Of a stretch of 5,125 nt of DNA, positions 1 to 5,125 are shown piece after piece. Position numbers and translations under genes: made by a program. Under the pieces are notes generated by a model. The model had not been told where the DNA came from and searched no databases. It saw only the letters and a program-made list of their open reading frames with translations. This stretch comes from a virus (taxonomy: Duplodnaviria > Heunggongvirae > Uroviricota > Caudoviricetes): IMG/VR virus record IMGVR_UViG_2698536628_000011. One strand, written 5' to 3'. Position 1 is the first letter of the stretch. Each line of letters opens with the position of its first letter.

Positions 1-563
1 CATGCGTTAGTTTCTCCACAGACACAAAACGCCACGACGCCCGGAGCTGCACACTCGCGGGCGTCACTCTTTTCTGGAGCGCAAAAGATTTTGTAGACCA
101 GTGCTGCATGCTCCTGGAGCTTCGAAATTGACAGATACAACTCATCATTAATTGCTGTCTGCTCGTGTGGCTCCACGACCCCATCTTCGATTGCCGAACG
201 AATCTGCTTTGAGTAATTCCCGATCTGTTCGATGACTTCCAGCAGGCGCTGGTTTATATCGGCGTTCTCTACTTCCTCAATTTCAGGAAGCGATACGAAC
301 ACCCCACCAGCAGACTGTGCGACAGCATCCGCAATGTAGTGAGTGCCAGCCGCGCGCTGTAAAACCATTGCCCATCCCAGCGGGAAAATCTGATCGCCAT
401 CGGCACGAAGGCGGTTAAATAATGCGTTCTCTGTTACATCCAGCCAGTCAGCTGCTTCAGCGTAACCACCCGGCAACGCTGCGATAGTTTTTCTGACAGC
501 TTTCACGTACCACTCAGGCTGTTTTTCTACTTTCCAGTGATACTTACCCACGGTTAGCCTCAT
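1..563 (-). CDS. Partial CDS (N-terminal ~187 codons; C-terminus beyond window edge): phage early-region protein, possibly YdaT-like (CII functional analogue)
   Basis: Minus-strand frame runs from ATG (complement of 561-563) to position 1 with no in-frame stop, checked codon by codon. It is absent from the supplied ORF track because it runs off the window. Translation begins MRLTVGKYHWKVEKQPEWYVKAVRKTIAALPGGYAEAADWLDV. It sits directly downstream of the Cro-like gene on the same strand, where cII/YdaT-type genes sit in lambdoid phages. No clear Shine-Dalgarno upstream. Family assignment is from memory of architecture, not a search. Confidence 0.6.
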   Translation of the reverse strand, partial: MRLTVGKYHWKVEKQPEWYVKAVRKTIAALPGGYAEAADWLDVTENALFNRLRADGDQIFPLGWAMVLQRAAGTHYIADAVAQSAGGVFVSLPEIEEVENADINQRLLEVIEQIGNYSKQIRSAIEDGVVEPHEQTAINDELYLSISKLQEHAALVYKIFCAPEKSDARECAAPGVVAFCVCGETNA

Positions 564-594
564 CGTTCTGTGGTTAAAAATTGAAGGTGTTCTG

Positions 595-795
595 TTAATC
601 TTTCGGATAGATATCCGGTCTTAAGTCAGATTTCGTAATTGCACCTGACGTGCATTGCTCAAGTTTTTTAGCCAGCACAAAACTGGCTTTTTTATAACCA
701 TTGAAAACCAGCCGTAAGTAGCCTGGTGTTGAGCCAACTTTTCCGGCCAACTCGCCCTGCTGTTCTTTGGTTAAAGAGTCCCAATACGCTTTCAT
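595..795 (-). CDS. Cro-like small DNA-binding regulator (YdaS/Cro family), 66 aa
   Basis: Track ORF 595..819 (74 aa). I prefer the internal ATG at 795-793 because GGAGG (complement of 805-809) lies 10 nt upstream of it, whereas the 819 start has no Shine-Dalgarno. Product MKAYWDSLTKEQQGELAGKVGSTPGYLRLVFNGYKKASFVLAKKLEQCTSGAITKSDL has the size and HTH-like character of Cro proteins and is divergent from the repressor gene. Confidence 0.75.
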   Translation of the reverse strand: MKAYWDSLTKEQQGELAGKVGSTPGYLRLVFNGYKKASFVLAKKLEQCTSGAITKSDLRPDIYPKD

Positions 796-885
796 ACAAT
801 ATGTACCTCCAATATACATATTACATGATTAATATGAACCTTCAAGATACTTGTACCTTATCGGTACAAAGGTTTTAATTTCTTT
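796..885. promoter_or_regulatory. Divergent promoter/operator region between Cro-like and CI-like genes (OR-like)
   Basis: 90-bp AT-rich intergenic region. Palindrome TTGTACC-ttatc-GGTACAA at 851-869 (7 of 9 pairs symmetric). Second imperfect palindrome ATGTAcctccaataTACAT at 801-819. Candidate rightward promoter TTGTAC (851-856), 17 bp, TTTAAT (874-879) would start transcription at or near the ATG at 886, giving a leaderless repressor mRNA as for lambda PRM. Candidate leftward promoter on the minus strand TTGAAG (845-840), 16 bp, TAATAT (823-818), upstream of the Cro-like Shine-Dalgarno. Confidence 0.5.
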
Positions 886-1560
886 ATGAAAACAGTCCAT
901 GACATCCGGCGGTCTAACGCCAGAAAACTGAGAGATGGTGTTGGCGGGAATTCTTCCTTTGCCACCATGATTGATCGCGAGCCAACCCAGACCAGCAGGT
1001 TTATGGGAGATGGTGCTACTAAAAATATCGGTGACAGCATGGCACGGCACATCGAAAAATGTTTCGACCTGCCTGTCGGATGGCTTGATCAAGAACACCA
1101 GACCACGAACATCACAAAAAAACCTGATGTTTCAATCACTAACAAACAAATAACGTTAGTCCCTGTCATATCATGGGTACAGGCCGGAGCATGGAAAGAA
1201 GTTGGCTATTCTGAGGTTGATTTGAGCACAGCAGAAACTTATCCCTGCCCTGTACCCTGTGGCGAAATGACTTATATCTTGCGGGTGATTGGTGATTCAA
1301 TGATTGATGAGTACCGCCCGGGAGACATGATTTTTGTTGATCCCGAAGTCCCTGCCTGCCACGGTGACGACGTTATTGCATTGATGCACGATACAGGCGA
1401 AACCACCTTCAAGCGATTGATAGAAGATGGAACACAGCGTTATCTCAAAGCATTAAACCCAAACTGGCCTGAGCCTTACATTAAGATTAACGGTAATTGC
1501 TCTATAATTGGTACAGTAATTTTCTCAGGAAAACCAAGAAGATACAAAATAAAGGCCTAA
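886..1560 (+). CDS. CI-like prophage repressor, LexA/S24 peptidase family (autocleavable), 224 aa
   Basis: Track ORF 886..1560. C-terminal domain carries the S24 signature: Ala100-Gly101 (nt 1183-1188, WVQAGAW) as candidate cleavage site, Ser138 in GDSM (nt 1297-1299), Lys176 in FKRL (nt 1411-1413). Ser-to-Lys spacing of 38 residues is as in LexA and lambda CI. No Shine-Dalgarno upstream, consistent with leaderless translation. Followed by an intrinsic terminator. Confidence 0.9.
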   Translation: MKTVHDIRRSNARKLRDGVGGNSSFATMIDREPTQTSRFMGDGATKNIGDSMARHIEKCFDLPVGWLDQEHQTTNITKKPDVSITNKQITLVPVISWVQAGAWKEVGYSEVDLSTAETYPCPVPCGEMTYILRVIGDSMIDEYRPGDMIFVDPEVPACHGDDVIALMHDTGETTFKRLIEDGTQRYLKALNPNWPEPYIKINGNCSIIGTVIFSGKPRRYKIKA

Positions 1561-1571
1561 TCAATATTTAT

Positions 1572-1595
1572 AACCTGCTTCGGCAGGTTTTTTTA
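1572..1595 (+). terminator. Rho-independent terminator of the repressor gene
   Basis: Stem CCTGC (1574-1578) / GCAGG (1583-1587) with loop TTCG, extendable by A:T pairs, then a run of 7 T (1588-1594), 12 nt after the repressor stop codon. Confidence 0.7.
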
Positions 1596-1598
1596 TAC

Positions 1599-1627
1599 TT
1601 GACAATGTACCCTTGAGATACATAATG
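1599..1627 (+). promoter_or_regulatory. Near-consensus sigma70 promoter pointing rightward, away from the repressor gene (PL-like)
   Basis: TTGACA at 1599-1604 (6/6 consensus), 16-bp spacer, CATAAT at 1621-1626 (5/6 to TATAAT). Predicted start near 1633-1634. Sits immediately after the repressor terminator. Confidence 0.6.
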
Positions 1628-1632
1628 TATCT
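1616..1632. promoter_or_regulatory. Perfect 17-bp palindrome overlapping the -10 element and predicted start: candidate operator
   Basis: AGATACAT-A-ATGTATCT at 1616-1632, perfect dyad around the central A. Shares ATGTA/TACAT arms with the palindromes in 796-885 but in a different arrangement. Confidence 0.5.
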
Positions 1633-1633
1633 A

Positions 1634-2090
1634 AAAGAAACATGCCGCAGGCAAGATTAAACAAAATTTGGTTGTAACACGGCGTATGGCACATGCGTCG
1701 TTAGCGGTCTGGGGACGTTAAAGGGGACAATCCACTCCTTGCTCGGGCAAAAAAACCAGGTAGCCGGAATGTGCAAGTCAATGATGATGCTGATAAGACG
1801 CCTAACCAGCGCGGCGATCCGGTTTGACGCCTGGGAAGAGACCAGGGTGCAACGATGAGGGCATTTATGGAACCGCGACAAAGTGTGGTGCCGTAACTTG
1901 CTAAGTGCTCTCAGCGTTGTGGTAATCCGCGAAATGGCGCGGCGGTAAGTATGGCGGGGTTACTCTTTCCCCGTTGAGGACACCGGATTGTCAGGTTGAC
2001 CATACGCCTGAGTGACAACCCCACCACAACAGCCACTGCTTTGGCGGTACCAGTTTGTACACTTGCTTCCGGCTGGTACCGCTCTTTTTA
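1634..2090 (+). ncRNA. Candidate ~450-nt noncoding transcript or long structured leader
   Basis: Bounded by the promoter at 1599-1627 and a hairpin plus T-tract at 2044-2090. All three plus frames are broken by frequent stops between 1640 and 1980; the longest ATG-initiated frames are about 11-30 codons and lack a Shine-Dalgarno. Local hairpins at about 1829-1845, 1925-1940 and 1954-1972. No Rfam-type family recognised by eye. Could be a decayed pseudogene instead. Confidence 0.3.
2044..2090 (+). terminator. Terminator-like hairpin with U-rich tail (candidate 3' end of the noncoding unit, or an early terminator)
   Basis: 10-bp GC-rich inverted repeat GCGGTACCAG (2044-2053) / CTGGTACCGC (2073-2082) with a 19-nt loop, followed by TCTTTTTA (2083-2090). 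The loop is larger than in canonical terminators. Confidence 0.4.
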
Positions 2091-2159
2091 CAAAACAGAG
2101 AAGAGCATCACCGGACGACGGGCTCATAACCCAATCCAGCCGGGCGGCTGCCACCGCAG

Positions 2160-2285
2160 NNNNNNNNNNNNNNNNNNNNNNNNNNNNNNNNNNNNNNNNN
2201 NNNNNNNNNNNNNNNNNNNNNNNNNNNNNNNNNNNNNNNNNNNNNNNNNNNNNNNNNNNNNNNNNNNNNNNNNNNNNNNNNNNNN
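2160..2285. other. Run of 126 N (assembly gap or masked sequence)
   Basis: Positions 2160-2285 are all n. Nothing can be called here, and any ORF crossing it is not interpretable. Confidence 1.
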
Positions 2286-2455
2286 TATGTCAATCGCGGT
2301 GGTCGACTGACTATTCTGCAGGAAGACCAGGGACAATTACTGACTCTTGCCGGTGAACCTGACGGAAAACTCCGCGCAGCAGGTCATTAATATCGTTCTT
2401 AATTAACTGATTATTTATCTCATCACTGAATATCTTTATATAGTGAGGACTTATT

Positions 2456-3280
2456 ATGTCTCAGAACTTAGACGCAACCGCAATTAATCAAATCCATGCC
2501 CTTATTTCTGCTCAGGGTGTTAATGAAATTATCAGTAATATTGGTGCCGATGCTGTGGCATTGCCTGAGAATTTCCGCATTCATGATCTGGAAAAATTTA
2601 ATTTAAATCGCTTCCGTTTCCGTGGTGCGCTTTCCACTGCCAGCATCGATGACTTTACCCGTTATTCTAAAGATCTTGCAGATGAAGGCACCCGCTGCTT
2701 TATCGATGCCGATAATATGCGAGCCGTCAGTGTGCTTAACCTGGGTACTATTGATGAACCAGGTCACGCAGATAACACCGCCACCCTCAAACTGAAAAAG
2801 ACAGCACCGTTTTCTGCTCTGTTGTCTGTTAATGGCGAGCGTAACTCCCAGAAGTCACTGGCAGAATGGATTGAAGACTGGGCCGACTACCTTGTGGGCT
2901 TTGATGCTAATGGTGACACCATTCAGGCAACCAAAGCGGCTGCGGCAGTCCGTAAAATCACAATTGAAGCAAACCAGACCGCTGATTTTGAAGACAATGA
3001 CTTCAGCGGCAAACGCTCCCTGATGGAGTCTGTCGAAGCGAAGACCAAAGACATTATGCCAGTGGCATTTGAATTTAAATGCGTTCCGTTTGAAGGCCTG
3101 AAAGAACGTCCGTTTAAATTACGCCTCAGCATTATCACTGGCGATCGTCCTGTACTGGTTCTGCGCATTATTCAGCTGGAAGCGATGCAGGAAGAAATGG
3201 CTAACGAATTTCGTGATCTGCTTGTTGAGAAATTCAAAGACAGCAAAGTAGAAACCTTTATTGGTACTTTCACCGCCTGA
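2456..3280 (+). CDS. yfdQ: YfdQ-like prophage protein (DUF-type, function unknown), 274 aa
   Basis: Track ORF 2456..3280. Shine-Dalgarno GAGGA at 2445-2449, 6 nt before the ATG. Length and N-terminus ([21 protein letters not shown]) match my recollection of E. coli CPS-53 prophage YfdQ; this is recollection, not a search. AT-rich candidate promoter region directly upstream (about 2400-2440). Confidence 0.85.
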   Translation: MSQNLDATAINQIHALISAQGVNEIISNIGADAVALPENFRIHDLEKFNLNRFRFRGALSTASIDDFTRYSKDLADEGTRCFIDADNMRAVSVLNLGTIDEPGHADNTATLKLKKTAPFSALLSVNGERNSQKSLAEWIEDWADYLVGFDANGDTIQATKAAAAVRKITIEANQTADFEDNDFSGKRSLMESVEAKTKDIMPVAFEFKCVPFEGLKERPFKLRLSIITGDRPVLVLRIIQLEAMQEEMANEFRDLLVEKFKDSKVETFIGTFTA

Positions 3281-3292
3281 TTTCATTACTGC

Positions 3293-3314
3293 AAATGCCC
3301 CTGCGGGGGCATTT
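3293..3314 (+). terminator. Intergenic stem-loop between the yfdQ-like and yfdR-like genes (partial terminator or attenuator, or RNA processing site)
   Basis: Perfect 9-bp stem AAATGCCCC (3293-3301) / GGGGCATTT (3306-3314) with loop TGCG, starting 13 nt after the stop codon. The downstream tract (ATGGAAAC) is only weakly U-rich, so termination is probably partial. Confidence 0.4.
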
Positions 3315-3408
3315 ATGGAAACGTAATTAACTCAATAATCACCGGATGGTGAGAGCTTCCTTTTAGCAGAATTCAGCGCGGTGCAGCGCATATAAAGTGG
3401 AGAACGAA

Positions 3409-3945
3409 ATGTCATTTATTAAAACTTTTTCCGGGAAGCATTTTTATTATGACAAGATAAATAAAGACGACATCGTGATTAACGATATCGCAGTTTCCCT
3501 TTCAAATATCTGTCGCTTTGCAGGACATCTTTCACACTTCTACAGTGTCGCCCAGCATGCGGTGCTTTGCAGCCAGCTGGTGCCGCAGGAATTTGCTTTT
3601 GAAGCGTTAATGCATGATGCAACAGAAGCATATTGCCAGGACATCCCCGCGCCACTGAAACGACTTCTTCCTGACTATAAACGGATGGAAGAAAAAATAG
3701 ACGCCGTAATCCGTGAGAAATACGGGTTACCTCCTGTTATGAGCACGCCAGTGAAATATGCCGATCTCATCATGCTGGCAACCGAACGCCGCGATCTCGG
3801 ACTTGATGATGGCTCTTTCTGGCCTGTATTGGAAGGTATCCCGGCAACAGAGATGTTCAAAGTGATTCCACTGGCACCGGGCCATGCCTACGGGATGTTT
3901 ATGGAACGCTTCAACGAGTTATCGGAATTACGCAAATGTGCATAA
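3409..3945 (+). CDS. yfdR: HD-domain 5'-deoxynucleotidase, YfdR-like, 178 aa
   Basis: Track ORF 3397..3945 begins at a GTG. I prefer ATG at 3409 because GGAGA (3399-3403) lies 5 nt upstream, giving 178 aa starting MSFIKTFSGKHFYYDK. HD signature present: His40, His50 and the His69-Asp70 pair in ALMHDATEAY (nt 3613-3618). Confidence 0.85.
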   Translation: MSFIKTFSGKHFYYDKINKDDIVINDIAVSLSNICRFAGHLSHFYSVAQHAVLCSQLVPQEFAFEALMHDATEAYCQDIPAPLKRLLPDYKRMEEKIDAVIREKYGLPPVMSTPVKYADLIMLATERRDLGLDDGSFWPVLEGIPATEMFKVIPLAPGHAYGMFMERFNELSELRKCA

Positions 3946-4814
3946 CTCATGTAGTTAGTTTTTCTGGCGGGAGAACATCTGCATATCTTGTTCACCTGAT
4001 GGAAGAACAAAGAAAGGCTGGCAATAACGTCTGCTACATCTTTATGGATACCGGTTGCGAACATCCGCTGACATACCGCTTTATTCGGGAGGTTTTGAAG
4101 TTCTGGGGCATACCGCTAACTGTGTTGCAGGTCGATATAAATCCAGAGCTTGGGCAGCCAAATGGTTATACGGAATGGGAACCAAAGGATATTCAGACGC
4201 GAATGCCGGTGCTTAAACCGTTTATGGACATGGTTAAAAAGTACGGTACGCCATACATCGGCGGCGCATTCTGTACTGACAGGCTAAAACTCACCCCTTT
4301 CACGAAATATTGCGATGACCATTTTGGGCGAGGGAATTACATCACATGGCTCGGTATTCGTGCGGACGAACCCCGTAGGCTGAAACCGAAACCTGGCGTC
4401 CGGTATCTTGCCGAGCTGTCAGATTTTGATAAGTCGGATGTTATCCGGTGGTGGCAAAAACAACCTTTTGATTTGCAAATCCCGGAGCACCTCGGGAACT
4501 GTGTTTTTTGCATCAAAAAGTCAACGCAAAAGCTGGGGCTTGCATGTAAAGACGAACCTGGTCTGATGCGGGTTTTTAATGAACTGGTTACAGGCAAACA
4601 CGTCAGGGATGGTCATCGCAGAACAGGTAAAGACGTTATGTACCGTGGTCACCTGACGCTTGACGGGATTGCCAGAATGTATGCCGACAGCGACTACAGA
4701 AGTTTGTATCAGGCGATGGTGCTGGCCAAGCGGTTTGATACTGGTTCGTGTTCCGAATCATGTGAAATCTGGGGTGACCAATTGGAGTTGAAATTCGAAG
4801 AGGTCGTGGCATGA
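3936..4814 (+). CDS. PAPS-reductase-like PP-loop (adenine-nucleotide alpha-hydrolase superfamily) protein, 292 aa
   Basis: Track ORF 3936..4814. N-terminal PP-loop motif SFSGGRTS (residues 8-15, nt 3957-3980). Cysteine pairs C189-x2-C192 (nt 4500-4511) and C272-x3-C276 near the C-terminus. The start overlaps the end of the yfdR-like gene by 10 nt, suggesting translational coupling. Confidence 0.85.
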   Translation: MCITHVVSFSGGRTSAYLVHLMEEQRKAGNNVCYIFMDTGCEHPLTYRFIREVLKFWGIPLTVLQVDINPELGQPNGYTEWEPKDIQTRMPVLKPFMDMVKKYGTPYIGGAFCTDRLKLTPFTKYCDDHFGRGNYITWLGIRADEPRRLKPKPGVRYLAELSDFDKSDVIRWWQKQPFDLQIPEHLGNCVFCIKKSTQKLGLACKDEPGLMRVFNELVTGKHVRDGHRRTGKDVMYRGHLTLDGIARMYADSDYRSLYQAMVLAKRFDTGSCSESCEIWGDQLELKFEEVVA

Positions 4815-5014
4815 CAATCGTAAAAACCCATACCGGTACCGTGATCACCAAAGATGGCCCGCAGGTAAAAAAATTGCACCAAACAGAGCGGATGTGGGTC
4901 GTTGGCAAAAACGAGTTTTACCACAAAGAAACTGGACGCCGCCATTTTGCAGAAAATACGCGCCGCCGACTGCTGTTAGACACCATCAAGCCTATCGAGG
5001 TGAAGCATGTTTAA
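4811..5014 (+). CDS. Small hypothetical protein, 67 aa
   Basis: Track ORF 4811..5014. ATGA start/stop overlap with the preceding gene (4811-4814) and AAGAGGT Shine-Dalgarno at 4799-4805. Basic, lysine/arginine-rich product. No family recognised. Confidence 0.65.
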   Translation: MTIVKTHTGTVITKDGPQVKKLHQTERMWVVGKNEFYHKETGRRHFAENTRRRLLLDTIKPIEVKHV

Positions 5015-5125
5015 ACAGAACGAAAAAGCTATCGCTCAAATTGCTGATTATATCCCGCGTGCGTGCCGGGGTATGCAGTTGCAGGAAGCCAAAGCGCGCC
5101 TGGAGAAAAAAATTGCGCTCTATAT
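5007..5125 (+). CDS. Partial CDS (N-terminal 39 codons, continues beyond window end): hypothetical protein
   Basis: ATG at 5007-5009 preceded by GAGGTG (4997-5002). Overlaps the stop of the upstream ORF by 8 nt (5007-5014). Frame is open to the window end, translating MFKQNEKAIAQIADYIPRACRGMQLQEAKARLEKKIALY. Confidence 0.5.
   Translation, partial: MFKQNEKAIAQIADYIPRACRGMQLQEAKARLEKKIALY

Noticed and set aside
829-1153. ORFs 829..1098 (-), 858..1052 (-) and 971..1153 (+) overlapping the repressor gene
   Set aside because: Antisense or alternative-frame ORFs lying inside a well-supported 224-aa CDS with a conserved S24 domain. No ribosome-binding sites and low-complexity products.
1642-1677. 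11-codon ORF (MPQARLNKIWL) just after the predicted transcription start
   Set aside because: No convincing Shine-Dalgarno and too short to call. A leader peptide is possible but not supportable from sequence alone.
1711-1730. Short direct repeat GGGGAC (1711-1716 and 1725-1730)
   Set aside because: Two copies of a hexamer are within chance expectation. It may be part of RNA structure but is not a standalone feature.
2077-2095. boxA-like motif CGCTCTTTTTACAAAAC suggesting a nut-type antitermination site
   Set aside because: The resemblance to boxA is partial, and the motif is more simply the 3' arm and U-tract of the 2044-2090 hairpin. No adjacent boxB-like hairpin is visible before the N gap.
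1657-2154. Minus-strand ORFs 1657..1881 (74 aa) and 1960..2154 (64 aa) in the noncoding region
   Set aside because: They start at TTG and GTG with no Shine-Dalgarno, run antisense to a strong promoter, and the second abuts the N gap. Their products do not look like real proteins.
1996-2356. Plus-strand track ORFs 1996..2310 and 2012..2356, and minus-strand ORFs 2108..2293 and 2124..2336
   Set aside because: All depend on reading through 126 N translated as X. The flanking real sequence contributes only short segments that begin at TTG or GTG right after stop codons, so these are gap artefacts and cannot be evaluated as genes.
2832-4945. Internal or antisense ORFs 2832..3023 (+), 2923..3168 (-), 3675..3860 (-), 4337..4597 (-), 4636..4908 (-), 4709..4945 (-)
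   Set aside because: All are embedded in the yfdQ-like, yfdR-like or PP-loop genes in other frames or on the opposite strand. Products are Arg/Ser/Pro-rich, as expected for out-of-frame reads of coding DNA.
1-5125. tRNA, rRNA, CRISPR array, insertion sequence or integrase
   Set aside because: No T-loop (GTTCGAATC-like) context, no spaced direct repeats, no terminal inverted repeats flanking a transposase-like ORF, and no integrase-like ORF. The only GGTTCG match (4742-4747) lies inside the PP-loop CDS.

Overview
This window looks like the immunity and early region of a lambdoid prophage from an Escherichia-like enterobacterium; all family assignments below are from reading the translations, not from searches. 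Left to right: a partial minus-strand early gene (1-563), a Cro-like gene (595-795, minus), a divergent promoter/operator region with TGTAC-armed palindromes (796-885), and a CI-like S24-peptidase repressor (886-1560, plus) with a recognisable Ala-Gly autocleavage site and Ser/Lys dyad. After the repressor come an intrinsic terminator, a near-consensus sigma70 promoter overlapped by a perfect 17-bp palindrome, and about 450 nt of ORF-poor sequence ending in a hairpin plus T-tract. A run of 126 N (2160-2285) then interrupts the sequence. Downstream is a plus-strand operon: a YfdQ-like protein (274 aa), a YfdR-like HD-domain 5'-deoxynucleotidase (178 aa), a PAPS-reductase-like PP-loop protein (292 aa) and two small coupled ORFs. 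The two best candidates for something undescribed are the promoter-to-terminator noncoding unit at 1599-2090 and the YfdQ/HD-nucleotidase/PP-loop module. No tRNA, rRNA, CRISPR array or transposase was seen.
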